From: Candidatus Bathyarchaeota archaeon
GTDB taxonomy: Archaea; Thermoproteota; Bathyarchaeia; Bathyarchaeales; Bathycorpusculaceae
Length of the DNA stretch: 64,000 bases
Direction: 5' to 3'
Assembly: GCA_963782525.1 (NCBI GenBank)
Contig: CAWAKC010000006.1
Location: forward strand, 64,001 to 128,000
Every line of letters begins with the position of its first letter. Positions within the stretch are counted from its first letter, which is position 1. The notes beneath the pieces are model-generated. The model was not told the DNA's origin and searched no databases. It worked only from the letters and a program-made list of their open reading frames with translations. This document shows, piece after piece, positions 17,166 through 27,875 of this stretch. The position numbers and the translations under genes were made by a program.

Positions 17166-17703
17166 ACTCAACGATTTGGGGCACAATGGCTTCTTTAGTG
17201 ATTTTTAGTAACCCAACCGAAGGCTTATTGAAGGGAGAACTGGGGTTAGTTGCGCTTCCAGGGTTAATGTATAGAATATTGTTTTCCCAACTAATGTTTG
17301 CCTTGTGAGTGTGCCCACAAACAAAAACGTTAAACCCATTCTGCTGGACGATTTCTATGCTTTTGGCTAAGCCGAAGGCAATGTCTGGATCATGCATCAC
17401 GCCGATTTTCCAATCAAAAACCTTCATTGAATTGAGCATTGGAAACGCAGTGTTAACTTCTAAGCCGTCCATGTTGCCGTGAACCGCCAACACGGGGGCA
17501 ATCTGTTCTAGCTCATCTATTACAGCCAACTCTACTACGTCGCCTGCGTGTATTATGTAGTCAGCGCCTTCAAAGATTTCAAAAACTCTCTTGGGCAGGC
17601 ATCTTGCTTGTTTGGGAACATGCGTGTCTGCGATTAAGCCTATGGTTTTTACTACTTTGTAGTCTGGGGGGTCTTTGTTTATGAGTGCTTGTCCACCGAA
17701 CAT
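17149..17703 (-). CDS. YfcE/MJ0936-family metallophosphoesterase
   Basis: DTH, HAGD, GNMD, GHTH, NPGS motifs. Confidence 0.92.
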   Translation of the reverse strand: MFGGQALINKDPPDYKVVKTIGLIADTHVPKQARCLPKRVFEIFEGADYIIHAGDVVELAVIDELEQIAPVLAVHGNMDGLEVNTAFPMLNSMKVFDWKIGVMHDPDIAFGLAKSIEIVQQNGFNVFVCGHTHKANISWENNILYINPGSATNPSSPFNKPSVGLLKITKEAIVPQIVEFNPSE

Positions 17704-17799
17704 TTTGGTTGCCTCTTAAGCAGGCGGGTCTTCGATAATACATGTATGTTTGACAATAAATATTGAACTGTTGGAAAATTGAAAAAAATAAAAAAGAAG

Positions 17800-19158
17800 T
17801 TAAGTCATGAATCTTTTGACCGTCTCGTAGAATATGCTGGTTCCAAAAACAAGATTTTCAATGGTTATTCGTTCATCGATGCCGTGCATGCGCTTTTCCA
17901 GTTCATCGTTAGGTTCGTCTGGTCGCATTGGATGGAAACCGTAGCATATGCTGCCTGTTTCTCTAAAGAAGCGTGAATCTGTACCACCCGTAGTCAGGGT
18001 CGGTGTTACGCCACAGGTTGGTTCAAACTCTTTTAGAACATCTGTGATGGCGCCGTAGAGCGGGGTTTGAGTGGTTGATTCGTTGCCATCATGCATCTGA
18101 ATAATCTCAAAACTCAATTTATCCATGCCGATACCTTTAAGCAGAGTTTTGATTGTGGAAAGCGCTTCATCTACACTTTGTCCGGGCAATACTCGGCAAT
18201 CGAAAACGGTGTCGCATTCTGATGGGATAATGTTTTCTTTTATTCCGCCATGAATTATTGTTGGTGTGATGGTCATTTTGGTTCTCGGCCTTATTTCTTC
18301 AGCCAACGCCTTATCTGTCTTAGCTAATTCGTCAAGGATTTGTTCGCTCTGCTTTGGATTTTTGAGTAAACGTGAAAAATCCGTTTCCAGGTCGGGGTTG
18401 AGTTTTGCTACTTCAATAAGAAATTGCCTAAGGGTTGGCACATACAATGTTTCTGGTTGGTAGTCTCCAAGTTTAGTTATGACTTTGTTCATTCTTACGA
18501 TAGCGTTGTCTGCCATGTTTGGTGTTGAACCGTGTCCAGGAGTGCCTTTGGCTTTTATTTTGAACCAAAGGATGCCTTTTTCGGCTGTTTGTACTGGGTA
18601 GATGTTGCCTTTTTTCTGTGGAATGGCTAATCCTCCACCCTCGTTGAGGACGTAAGGGCACCAAACCTTTTCTTTTTGGTTCTGCAATAGGTAGCCTGCG
18701 CCTTCTTCGCCGCCTTTTTCCTCGTCAGCGGTCGCTGCCAAAACTATGTCGCCTTTGAGCGGGACCTTGTTTCTTTTGAGGAGCAGAAGAGTTAACACTT
18801 CCACAGCAGTCATGCCTTTCATGTCGTATGCCCCCCTGCCGAAGACATAGCCGTCTTTAACTGTGCCAGCAAACGGGTCAACGCTCCATTCCGCAGGGTT
18901 CGCAGATACAACGTCCAAATGTGAAAGCAATAGTAAGTTAGGTTTTTCACCCGAGCCATTTAATCGAGTGATTACGCTGCCCCTGCCTGGTGCCGACTCG
19001 ATGATTTCGGATTTTAATCCATCTTTTGCGAGGTATTCGGCTATGAAATGTGCTGCTTTTGTCTCGTTTCCAGGAGGGTTAGTTGTGTTTATACGAATTA
19101 AATCGCTAAGAAAATGTGTGATTTCCTGTTCTATCTGGTTTTGTATTTGTATCGGCAT
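17800..19158 (-). CDS. M20/M25/M40 family metallopeptidase/deacylase
   Basis: SHLDVV, GRGAYDMKG, DEE, GGTD, HGIDE motifs. Confidence 0.93.
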   Translation of the reverse strand: MPIQIQNQIEQEITHFLSDLIRINTTNPPGNETKAAHFIAEYLAKDGLKSEIIESAPGRGSVITRLNGSGEKPNLLLLSHLDVVSANPAEWSVDPFAGTVKDGYVFGRGAYDMKGMTAVEVLTLLLLKRNKVPLKGDIVLAATADEEKGGEEGAGYLLQNQKEKVWCPYVLNEGGGLAIPQKKGNIYPVQTAEKGILWFKIKAKGTPGHGSTPNMADNAIVRMNKVITKLGDYQPETLYVPTLRQFLIEVAKLNPDLETDFSRLLKNPKQSEQILDELAKTDKALAEEIRPRTKMTITPTIIHGGIKENIIPSECDTVFDCRVLPGQSVDEALSTIKTLLKGIGMDKLSFEIIQMHDGNESTTQTPLYGAITDVLKEFEPTCGVTPTLTTGGTDSRFFRETGSICYGFHPMRPDEPNDELEKRMHGIDERITIENLVFGTSIFYETVKRFMT

Positions 19159-19247
19159 GTTTTTTGGGCTCCCCCCCTGTTTAGAACAGGTTTTTTCTCT
19201 TAAGAGTTCCTGTTGTATGTCTGCATGTTGTGCTGGAAGTTTTTCTG

Positions 19248-19298
19248 GTTATCCAACATGATGTTTATATATGATGGCAAAAAATGCTATTGGATAAC
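19248..19298. promoter_or_regulatory. Inverted repeat flanking the TATA box of the Lrp gene
   Basis: GTTATCCAA (19248-19256) and TTGGATAAC (19290-19298) around TTTATATA. Confidence 0.5.
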
Positions 19299-19312
19299 AA
19301 AAAGCGGTTAAG

Positions 19313-19840
19313 TTGATTGTAATGAAAGAATTGAAACCAATTGACTACAAGATTCTGTTTGAGCTCATGAAAGACTCGCACAGAAGCGACAGGCAACTTG
19401 CAAAAGCCTTAGGTGTTTCTCAGCCGACAGTGACTCGAAGACGAGCAATGCTGGAAGAAAACTATATAGAAGGGTACACTGTGATTCCTAAATTCGGGCA
19501 AATAGGGTTTGAAATAGCTGCAATAACATTTTTGAAGAGTAAACTAAAATATGCAGCTGGCCAAGAGAAAACTCAGGCATTACATAAGATTAAAGAATGG
19601 TTCATGAAGCAAACCAACGTAATTATGGCTTTAGACGGAAGAGGCATGGGTTGGGATACAGTTTGCATTTCGCTTCATGAAAACTTCGAAAACTTTGCAG
19701 AGTTCATCAGGGCTCTTGATTCAGAAATGTCAGATTGGGTTGTTGAAAGCCAAACTTTCAATGCTGACTTAAAGGGCGGAATAGTAATTAAGCCATTCCA
19801 CCTCAAATATTTGGCTTCCCAAAAAACAGCCACAATCTAA
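19313..19840 (+). CDS. Lrp/AsnC family transcriptional regulator
   Basis: DYKILFELMKDSHRSDRQLAKALGVSQPTVTRR HTH. Confidence 0.9.
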   Translation: MIVMKELKPIDYKILFELMKDSHRSDRQLAKALGVSQPTVTRRRAMLEENYIEGYTVIPKFGQIGFEIAAITFLKSKLKYAAGQEKTQALHKIKEWFMKQTNVIMALDGRGMGWDTVCISLHENFENFAEFIRALDSEMSDWVVESQTFNADLKGGIVIKPFHLKYLASQKTATI

Positions 19841-20215
19841 ACCTGAACCCTTTTTTCTTTCTTTATTTTCTTAATTAAATGTTCCAGAGCACTCTAACTA
19901 TTATTTATCAAAAAGGAATCATGAACAATTAAGCTGAGGCTTATTTTCGATTAACTTTCTTTAGCAACCGTTTTTTAGGCAGCTTTGGCTTTTTTGTTCG
20001 AGTTGCATCAACGGTCAAACCAATCTACCTGATTTATTATTGTCGTACTCTAATTATAAGGTAATGGGCTTTCCAGCTTTCAGGGTCGATTTTCAAAGGC
20101 TTGGCAACTTGTTTTCTCTTTTTTTAAGGAACAAAGCCCACATGTGAGGGTAAAAGCATATATCTGTTAACTTGCCCTCTTTATTTTTTATATTTAAGTC
20201 TAAATAGGCGAAAAT

Positions 20216-21127
20216 ATGGCTTTATCGGACAAAATTCTAAAACTTAAGAAAGAAAAGAAAGCAGTGATTCTGGCTCATAATTATCAACGACCAGAAATTC
20301 AGGATATTGCCGATTATGTCGGAGACAGTATCGAACTTAGTCGAAAAGCAGTTGAAGATAAGGACGCGGAGATAATCGTTTTTTCAGCAGTAGATTTTAT
20401 GGCTGAATCGGCAGCGATTTTGAACCCAAAAAAGAGGGTTCTTTTGCCTTGTTTAGGTGCTCGTTGCCCGATGGCGCAGATGCTGACGGTTGATGAGATT
20501 AAACGCGCTAAAAAGCAGTATCCGGGTGCACCAGCGGTTTTGTACGTTAATACTTTGGCTTCATGTAAAGCTGAATGCGACGTCTGCTGCACAAGCGCCA
20601 ACGCCGTCGAAGTTATAAAATCTCTCGACGCAGACACAATTCTGTTTGGCCCCGATAAGAACCTAGCTGAATACGTCAGTGAAAAAACAGGCAAAAAACT
20701 AATCCCAATTCCAGCCAACGGTTTCTGCCCCACGCACCTCTTATTTCAGCCTGAAGACGTTAAAGTCCTCAAGATGCAGCATCCAGACGCCATCGCGATG
20801 GCTCATCCTGAATGTAGCTCCGAAATGCGTAAAGCCGCAGACTTTATCGGTAGCACCTCAAAAATGTGCCGTTACGCCAAAGAATCCCACGCTAAAGACT
20901 TCGTAGTCGGTACCGAAGAAGGCATCCTGCATCGATTGCGCAAAGAAAACCCACAGAAAAACTTCTATCTCGCTTACGAAGGCGCCATTTGCCCCAACAT
21001 GAAATTAACAACGCTTGACGGACTATACCTTGCTTTAAAAGAGGAGAAGAATGTGGTTACGGTTCCTGAATCGGTCGCAAAGAAGGCTCGTGCCTCGTTG
21101 GAAAGGATGTTTGAAGTCAAAAGTTAA
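20216..21127 (+). CDS. nadA: Quinolinate synthase
   Basis: LAHNYQ, FMAESA, CPMA, YVNT, HPEC, CPNMK motifs. Confidence 0.96.
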   Translation: MALSDKILKLKKEKKAVILAHNYQRPEIQDIADYVGDSIELSRKAVEDKDAEIIVFSAVDFMAESAAILNPKKRVLLPCLGARCPMAQMLTVDEIKRAKKQYPGAPAVLYVNTLASCKAECDVCCTSANAVEVIKSLDADTILFGPDKNLAEYVSEKTGKKLIPIPANGFCPTHLLFQPEDVKVLKMQHPDAIAMAHPECSSEMRKAADFIGSTSKMCRYAKESHAKDFVVGTEEGILHRLRKENPQKNFYLAYEGAICPNMKLTTLDGLYLALKEEKNVVTVPESVAKKARASLERMFEVKS

Positions 21128-21531
21128 ACTGAAACGATCATTGATTTGAGGATTTTTACTCCTCTTCTTGAGGCTAAATGGTCGCTTAGGTGCCTGATCT
21201 CTGAGCCTTTGCCTTTCACCGCGATGACTTCGAGGCAGTCGCGTTCGCCCAGATGTATGTGCATTGTCGAAGAAATTAATTCAGTGTGTTGGTGCTGTTC
21301 TTCCGTTAGGTCGCTTTCTAAACCTTTTGTGTCATGGTCGTAAACCATCAATAATACGCCCGTTTGCTGTGCGTTTTCCTCTTTTACCCACTTGCGTTCA
21401 GAAACGTAGAGTCGGACTGCATCTTGGATGGCTTTGCTACGGCTTTCGTAGCCCATTTTTGTGGTGATTTCGTCGAAGTCTTTGAGGAGTTCAGGTGGAA
21501 ATGTTACCCCTATGCGGACGATTTTAGACAT
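21124..21531 (-). CDS. nikR: Nickel-responsive regulator
   Basis: N-terminal RHH, SRSKAI, YDH, QH, HIHL, CLEV. Confidence 0.93.
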   Translation of the reverse strand: MSKIVRIGVTFPPELLKDFDEITTKMGYESRSKAIQDAVRLYVSERKWVKEENAQQTGVLLMVYDHDTKGLESDLTEEQHQHTELISSTMHIHLGERDCLEVIAVKGKGSEIRHLSDHLASRRGVKILKSMIVSV

Positions 21532-21582
21532 AGCTATTCACAGTTAGAAATTGTTTGTTGTGCCTAAAAGCTTTTATACATA

Positions 21583-21614
21583 CAGTAACACGTTTCACAA
21601 GTAAAGTGTTACTG
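21583..21614. promoter_or_regulatory. NikR operator
   Basis: CAGTAACAC-N14-GTGTTACTG (GTAACA-N16-TGTTAC), directly downstream of the permease TATA. Confidence 0.8.
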
Positions 21615-21629
21615 AGGGCAGAAAAAAAG

Positions 21630-22700
21630 ATGGTGAACCAAGCAACAATCAACCTCTCACGCAATGAAAAAATAAAAATAGCCACAATCTTCGCCGTGCT
21701 AATAACTATCACCGCAATCGGGTTCTCGGCAGCATTCGTCATCGGAAAAATCGCTGTCGTCCTCGGAGGTTTAGGTATCGTTGCCTATGTTTTCGGGTTA
21801 CGTCATGGAGTTGACGCAGACCACATCGCAGCCATCGACAACACTACACGCAAACTCATGCAAGAAGGCAAACGCCCTACCACCGTTGGCATGTGGTTCT
21901 CTTTGGGTCATTCAACGGTAGTTGTGGCCCTGATAATCGCTTTGATACTGGCGACAAGAGCCGTCGCAACGAACATATCTGCCCTTCAGAGCACTGGCGC
22001 CATCTTAGGCACGCTGGTTTCTGGAAGTTTCCTTTGGATTATCGGCTTCATTAACGCTGTCATCGTGATTGGTATTTACAAGATTTTCCAAACCCTAAAA
22101 CAGGGCAAACTCAACCAAGAAGGACTCGACAACTTGCTCGAAAATCGTGGGTTTATGAATCGCTTCTTTCGCCCACTTTTCAGAGTTATTAGCAAACCTT
22201 GGCACATCTACCCCGTCGGTGTACTCTTCGGGTTAGGATTTGATACTGCCAGTGAAGTTGCCCTCATTGCTATAAGCGTGGGCATTGGCGTTTCCACGAG
22301 TATCCCCCTCTACTACATCTTAATTTTGCCGTTGCTGTTTACCTGTGGAATGGTGACGGTTGACACTGCAGACGGTGTCGCCATGCGGGTTGCTTACGGC
22401 TGGGCGTTCCTAAATCCCATCAGAAAAATATACTACAACCTCACAGTCACTGTCATCTCAGTCCTCGTAGCATGGGCAATAGGAACAATAGAGCTTCTGC
22501 AAGTGCTCTCAACCGAATTAAACCTCAACGGGGTATTCTGGAGCTGGCTCAACGCCATAAACTTTGAAATGATAGGCTTCGGAATAATCGGTATATTCAT
22601 TTTGTCTTGGCTGGCTTCCTTTGGCTACTGGCGATACAAAAAATACGACAAACTGGACCCGTTTACCAAAACACCGCAAGCCCCGATTAAAGCCACCTAA
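21630..22700 (+). CDS. NiCoT (HoxN/HupN/NixA) high-affinity Ni/Co permease
   Basis: RHGVDADHIAAID, FSLGHSTVV, LGFDTASE signatures; likely ATG at 21630. Confidence 0.95.
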   Translation: MVNQATINLSRNEKIKIATIFAVLITITAIGFSAAFVIGKIAVVLGGLGIVAYVFGLRHGVDADHIAAIDNTTRKLMQEGKRPTTVGMWFSLGHSTVVVALIIALILATRAVATNISALQSTGAILGTLVSGSFLWIIGFINAVIVIGIYKIFQTLKQGKLNQEGLDNLLENRGFMNRFFRPLFRVISKPWHIYPVGVLFGLGFDTASEVALIAISVGIGVSTSIPLYYILILPLLFTCGMVTVDTADGVAMRVAYGWAFLNPIRKIYYNLTVTVISVLVAWAIGTIELLQVLSTELNLNGVFWSWLNAINFEMIGFGIIGIFILSWLASFGYWRYKKYDKLDPFTKTPQAPIKAT

Positions 22701-22753
22701 ATCCTGCAGTCGTTTTGAAAAGTTTTTATCACTGATTTAATCATCTAAGGCTG

Positions 22754-23644
22754 ATGTCGGGCAAAGAATTTTTCATAGACCGCTACGAACGGCTAGGCTG
22801 GCACTACCAAGAGGTCGCGCTACGCCAAGTCATCCGCGTAAACAATACTAACGCGAAAGGCAAAAAACTCATCCAAAGGCTCTCAGACTTAGGCGTGCAC
22901 CTACAAAAAATTCCGTTCCTCGAATCAGGTTACTGGGTGCTGGACTCAAAAGTTTCCGCTGGCGCAACTGCCGAATACCTGCTTGGGTATTATTCGATTC
23001 AGGAAGCAGCCGCGCAAATCCCCGTTTCAGTTTTTACGCGCCTCAAAGGCAAAAAAGTGCTCGATGTAGCTGCAGCTCCGGGCGGTAAAACCATACATTT
23101 GGCGGATTTGATGGAGAATTTGGGTGGAATTGTGGCTTTGGATGTGGATAAGTGGCGGTTGAACGCGTTAGTTAACCACGTGGAGCGTTGCCGCGTTAGT
23201 AACGTGGTGGTTTACTTGTTGGATGCACGTCAAGCTTCAACCTTGGGCTTCAAGTTTGATAGGGTGTTGGTTGATGCCCCTTGCTCAGGGAATTTTGCAG
23301 CCGACAAAAACTGGTTCTCAAATCGAACCCTAAAAGATGTTGAGCGCAACGCTGGCTTGCAACGGGAACTTCTAATGGAAGCGGCAGGTTGCCTAAGTGA
23401 CGAGGGAGAAATGGTTTACTCGACCTGTTCTCTTGAGCCTGAAGAAAACGAGCTGAACATAGATTGGGCAATAAAAAACCTCAACCTGCAAACTGAAGAA
23501 ATATACTGCAGCGGAGAAAAAGGATTAACCAACGTCTTCGGCAAACAACTAGACCTATCGATTAAAAACTGCAAACGACTGTGGCCCGGAGAAACTCAGG
23601 GCTTCTTTATTTGCAAACTGAAAAAACGGAGCCCACAAACATGA
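22754..23644 (+). CDS. NOL1/NOP2/Sun RNA m5C methyltransferase
   Basis: AAPGGKT, DAPCSG, YSTCS motifs. Confidence 0.93.
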   Translation: MSGKEFFIDRYERLGWHYQEVALRQVIRVNNTNAKGKKLIQRLSDLGVHLQKIPFLESGYWVLDSKVSAGATAEYLLGYYSIQEAAAQIPVSVFTRLKGKKVLDVAAAPGGKTIHLADLMENLGGIVALDVDKWRLNALVNHVERCRVSNVVVYLLDARQASTLGFKFDRVLVDAPCSGNFAADKNWFSNRTLKDVERNAGLQRELLMEAAGCLSDEGEMVYSTCSLEPEENELNIDWAIKNLNLQTEEIYCSGEKGLTNVFGKQLDLSIKNCKRLWPGETQGFFICKLKKRSPQT

Positions 23645-24114
23645 ACACCCGCACAATAACACACTTTGCCGCACAATTCGGCGTACAAATCGCGTTAAAC
23701 TTGGATTTGATGGTTGAGCACACTGGGCGTTTTTACCTTGTAAATCCAGTTGTGAAACCGCTGGTTCGGCAAGATTTTTTTTCAGCGGGAGTTTATTTAG
23801 GAAAAGCGAAGGAAGGCAAGTTCTTTCCAAGCTTTTACTTGCTCGGGATGCTTGCGAAAAAAGAAGCTAACCGAATTATTTTGGATAAGAAAGCAGCCTG
23901 GCTCTTTATCTGCAGCAGGGATATTTTGAGGAAAAGTATAATGCGTGTTCAGGGTCCTGGCAAGAAGGATACGAATACTTTGGTGTTTAACGAATTTGGC
24001 GAATGTTTAGGTTTTGGCAGAATTGTTGAAAAATTGCGTGATTCCGCCGTTGGTAATGAAATTGTGGTGAGAAACGTATTGGATATTGGTGATTTCCTTC
24101 GTAGAGAGCGATAA
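23641..24114 (+). CDS. Nip7-like PUA-domain ribosome biogenesis protein
   Basis: GVYLGK, AWLFICSRDI, CLGFG, LDIGDFLRRE; coupled to the methyltransferase. Confidence 0.8.
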   Translation: MNTRTITHFAAQFGVQIALNLDLMVEHTGRFYLVNPVVKPLVRQDFFSAGVYLGKAKEGKFFPSFYLLGMLAKKEANRIILDKKAAWLFICSRDILRKSIMRVQGPGKKDTNTLVFNEFGECLGFGRIVEKLRDSAVGNEIVVRNVLDIGDFLRRER

Positions 24115-24333
24115 TGGCGGAATTTTTGGTTATTTGACTAGTTTAAAAGTGTTTTCTGTCTTTTTTTACCGTGAATTAATCAAGAGGTCTTTCGCACACT
24201 ATTTTAGAAATTTGCTTACTTTCTGGACATTTATCGATGCTATTGTAGCGATAAATTTATATATGTTTATGTTTAATCTGATTTCCATAACATATGGAGA
24301 CTAAAGCCAAACCTCACAAGGAGAATAAGCAAA

Positions 24334-25698
24334 ATGAAAAATTTCAAAAACCCCGCGTGGAAAGAAGCAGTATCCAAAGTTATCCAACAAATCCAAGAAC
24401 AGGAAATTAAATTCGTCAGACTACAGTTCACCGACATTAATGGCATGCTAAAGAACATAGCTGTAAATTCAAAGAACATGGAAAGCATCTTTGAAAACGG
24501 CCAATCCTTCGACGGATCATCTATCACCGGTTACCGACCAATCGAAGAATCTGACATGGTTCTCTTCCCAGACCCAACAACCTTCGCAGTTTTACCTTGG
24601 AGACCAAAAGAGAAATCGTCCTGCAGACTCCTTTGCGACATCTATACTCCTCAGAACAAACGTTTTGAAGGCGACCCACGTTACGTTCTTGAACGCACCG
24701 TAGAAAAAGCCGCAAAAGCAGGTTACACTTTCATTTGTGCTCCCGAACTAGAATTCTTCATAGTGAAAGAGAGCGAAACAGGTGGCTTACCAACTCCCAT
24801 TGACTTAGCAGGCTATTTCGATTTTCACCCCAGCGACTTAACTGATGATTTACGACGAGAAATTGCAGATACGGCAGAAGCTTTCGGCATAGAAATCGAG
24901 CTAAGCCACCACGAAGTCGCGTTGGGACAAAACGAAATTGACTTCAAATATGGAGAAGCCCTAATTACTGCTGATCGAGCCATAACCATGAAGATGTGTG
25001 GCAAAGTAGTTGCTGCGCGAGCAGGCTACGTTACCACCTACATGCCTAAACCCTTCCAAGGCATCAACGGCAGCGGTATGCACGTTCACCAAAGCCTATG
25101 GAACAAAGACGTAACCCAAAACATGTTCTACTCAGATGACGAAAAGAACGGTTACCTCTCAGATTTAGCGCGAAACTTCATCGGTGGACAACTCGCTCAC
25201 GGACGAAAAATGTGCGCTGTTCTGGATTCATGGCCTAACAGTTTCAAACGTTTAGTCCCGGGCTACGAAGCCCCAGTTTACCTTGCATGGGCACACAAGA
25301 ACCGCAGCCCACTCATCCGCGTACCCAACTTTGGCGGAAGAAAAGGCGCAGCAAGATGCGAAATCCGATGTCCAGACGGTTCAGGAAACCCATACCTACA
25401 GTTCGCAGTGCTCCTAGCAACAGGCTTAGACGGCATAAAGAACAAGATTGATCCAGGCGACCCAGTTGAACTAAACGTTTACCACATGACCTATGACGAA
25501 CGCAAAGCCCGCGGAATAGTTTCGCTACCAGAATCACTAAAAGAAGCACTCGACGAACTTGAAACAAGCGAACTCATGCGTGAAACTCTCGGGCAAACAG
25601 CATTCGAAAACTTCCTCAAAGAAAAACGCAACGAATGGGACCTATACCGCACCCAAGTTACCGAATGGGAAGTTAACCGCTACATAAAACGCCTCTAA
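24334..25698 (+). CDS. glnA: Glutamine synthetase type I
   Basis: FDGSSI, HHEVA, NGSGMHVHQS, RLVPGYEAP motifs. Confidence 0.97.
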   Translation: MKNFKNPAWKEAVSKVIQQIQEQEIKFVRLQFTDINGMLKNIAVNSKNMESIFENGQSFDGSSITGYRPIEESDMVLFPDPTTFAVLPWRPKEKSSCRLLCDIYTPQNKRFEGDPRYVLERTVEKAAKAGYTFICAPELEFFIVKESETGGLPTPIDLAGYFDFHPSDLTDDLRREIADTAEAFGIEIELSHHEVALGQNEIDFKYGEALITADRAITMKMCGKVVAARAGYVTTYMPKPFQGINGSGMHVHQSLWNKDVTQNMFYSDDEKNGYLSDLARNFIGGQLAHGRKMCAVLDSWPNSFKRLVPGYEAPVYLAWAHKNRSPLIRVPNFGGRKGAARCEIRCPDGSGNPYLQFAVLLATGLDGIKNKIDPGDPVELNVYHMTYDERKARGIVSLPESLKEALDELETSELMRETLGQTAFENFLKEKRNEWDLYRTQVTEWEVNRYIKRL

Positions 25699-25742
25699 AC
25701 CCAAAAAAGCCTCTTTGAGGCTCAACAATTTATTTTTCTTTT

Positions 25743-27017
25743 TTAGTTTTTGATTTTTTCAACCAGTTTATCAATTGTAATTGTGCTTTGTTGTCGATTC
25801 GCTAAATCCTTGAGCACCACGGCGCCTTCTTTGAGTTCTCGCTCGCCAACGATAACTGCGAAATCGACTTTGCGTTTGTCGGCGTCTTCGAGGGCTTTAG
25901 CCATTTTTCTGCCCATCACTTCAAACTCCACAGTCACACCGGCCAAACGCAGTTGCTGGGCAATTTTTAGCGCTTCAGATTTCATTGTTTCAGTGATGGG
26001 TAAAACCGCAACCTTCTTCGCGGCCTTTACAGAGAGCACTGTTTTCTGAGTTAGTAAAGCGATAGCGATGCGGTCGATTCCATGGGCGCAGCCGACTGCT
26101 GATGTAGGTTCGCCGCCGAATGCTTCGATCAGCTTATCGTATCGTCCGCCGCCGCCCAAAGCAATATCCAATCCAGGTATGTAAATTTCAAAAATCATGC
26201 CCGTATAGTACTCTAAACCTCGGGCAAATGATGGTTCAACCGCAAGAGTAAGATCGGCACTTTCAGAAACGAGTTTAAGGATTTCAGCGAGGTTTTCTAC
26301 TGCAGTCTTCGCTTTCTCGTAGCCTACAACGTAACTTTGAAGTTGCTCAACCACGTCAAGCCAATCGTTGCCCTTAACAGCGATCAGACCTTCTAACTTG
26401 GCTCGGCATTTCTTGGATTCTACTAGCTTAAGTGCTTCATCATACTCTTTTTTATCCATCCTCTGCAAGATTGCATTCTGGGTTTTCTCGTCGATGCCTT
26501 CTTGGCTGAGGATGCCTCGAATGACGCCTATGTGCCCGATTTTAAATGCGTAACCATGCAGCCCCAGTAATTTCATAAAGTTATTCGTCAGCAAAACTAC
26601 TTCAGCGTCGGCTTCAGGTTTAGCTGAACCCATTAATTCAAAGTTTGATTGCCAAAACTCGCGGTACCGACCACGCTGGGGTTCATCATAACGGTAAACT
26701 GTGCCAACGGAGAACAAGCGGAAAGGTTTAGGTTCGTTCCTGAGAGCAGTAGTGGCTAACCTTGCTATTGAAGCTGTGAACTCTGGGCGCAACGCCACTT
26801 GGCGGTTGCCGAGGTCTTTGAAAATGAACATGCGCTGGCGGATTTCTTCGCCCGATTTGGCACTTAAAAGTTCAAGCGGCTCAACATGAGGTGTTATGAC
26901 TTCTTTGTAACCATAGAGCTGAGCGGTTTCTCTCGCTTCAGTTATGATGTAAGTGAAGGTTTTGGCATCTTCACCGATTAGATCTCTCATTCCGCGGACA
27001 GGCTGAAAAGCTGGCAT
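25743..27017 (-). CDS. hisS: Histidyl-tRNA synthetase
   Basis: RGMRD, LRPEFT, RYDEPQRGRYREF, RGLEYYTG, GGGRYD. Confidence 0.97.
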   Translation of the reverse strand: MPAFQPVRGMRDLIGEDAKTFTYIITEARETAQLYGYKEVITPHVEPLELLSAKSGEEIRQRMFIFKDLGNRQVALRPEFTASIARLATTALRNEPKPFRLFSVGTVYRYDEPQRGRYREFWQSNFELMGSAKPEADAEVVLLTNNFMKLLGLHGYAFKIGHIGVIRGILSQEGIDEKTQNAILQRMDKKEYDEALKLVESKKCRAKLEGLIAVKGNDWLDVVEQLQSYVVGYEKAKTAVENLAEILKLVSESADLTLAVEPSFARGLEYYTGMIFEIYIPGLDIALGGGGRYDKLIEAFGGEPTSAVGCAHGIDRIAIALLTQKTVLSVKAAKKVAVLPITETMKSEALKIAQQLRLAGVTVEFEVMGRKMAKALEDADKRKVDFAVIVGERELKEGAVVLKDLANRQQSTITIDKLVEKIKN

Positions 27018-27071
27018 GCATGTTTGCTCCTAAACAAGCTAATTGGTGCAATTATTCTATTAAACTCTCGC

Positions 27072-27875
27072 TCACGGCTTGATGGCTTCGACTTCCAATC
27101 TAACCATAGCCAAATGAACAGTACCTTCTGCATCAACTGGGTGATTTGTAATATAGCGGCTAACGATTTCCTTCACGAAGCTATCTCGCTGTTGAATTGG
27201 TATCCGTTCGGTGAAAGGCAGCCATGTAGTGCAAATCCACCCAGTCAATCCCTCAGCACTTGGGAACTTCATGTCCCGAGGAAAAAGCTCAACCCTCACC
27301 GGCTTCAAACCCGTCTGCAATAGCAACTGCTTGTATTCTTGGGGGTTTAGGAAGGCATAAGGAAACGTGAAGCCCTCAAAATAGCATCTCCACTGTGGCA
27401 AAACAAGCAGCTCATCGAAAAGGCTCAGCACTGCCTGTGCGTTGCCTTTGCCTGCCATTTGGAAGAGGATTCTGCCAAGTGGCTTTAGGCTTCTTTGTAC
27501 ACCCTTTAGGACTGCTTTCTGGTCTATTATCCAGTGTAATGCAGCGTTGGAGAAGGCTATGTCAAATTCCTCTTGAAAGGGGATGTTTCGGGCATCTATC
27601 ACTTTGAAAGTGATATTGGGGCACTGCTCGAAGGGAAAAGTGGTTTTTGCTAGCTTTATCATTTCAGGGGAACTGTCGATACCGACGACTTTGCCGTTTG
27701 GCAAGGCTTTTGCGATTTCTGCAGTGATTTTGCCGTCGCCGCAGCCAATATCCAGTAGAGCTTCGTTGCCTTGTAGTTTCAGCTTCGGAATTAGTTCTTT
27801 TGCCCATTGAAACTGGTTCTGTGAGTTTTTAGCGTAGTCTTTTGCATCCCAACCGTAGTTCTTGGATCTACTCAT
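27072..27875 (-). CDS. Class I SAM methyltransferase (Tam-like)
   Basis: LDIGCGDG, FSNAALHW. Confidence 0.88.
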   Translation of the reverse strand: MSRSKNYGWDAKDYAKNSQNQFQWAKELIPKLKLQGNEALLDIGCGDGKITAEIAKALPNGKVVGIDSSPEMIKLAKTTFPFEQCPNITFKVIDARNIPFQEEFDIAFSNAALHWIIDQKAVLKGVQRSLKPLGRILFQMAGKGNAQAVLSLFDELLVLPQWRCYFEGFTFPYAFLNPQEYKQLLLQTGLKPVRVELFPRDMKFPSAEGLTGWICTTWLPFTERIPIQQRDSFVKEIVSRYITNHPVDAEGTVHLAMVRLEVEAIKP

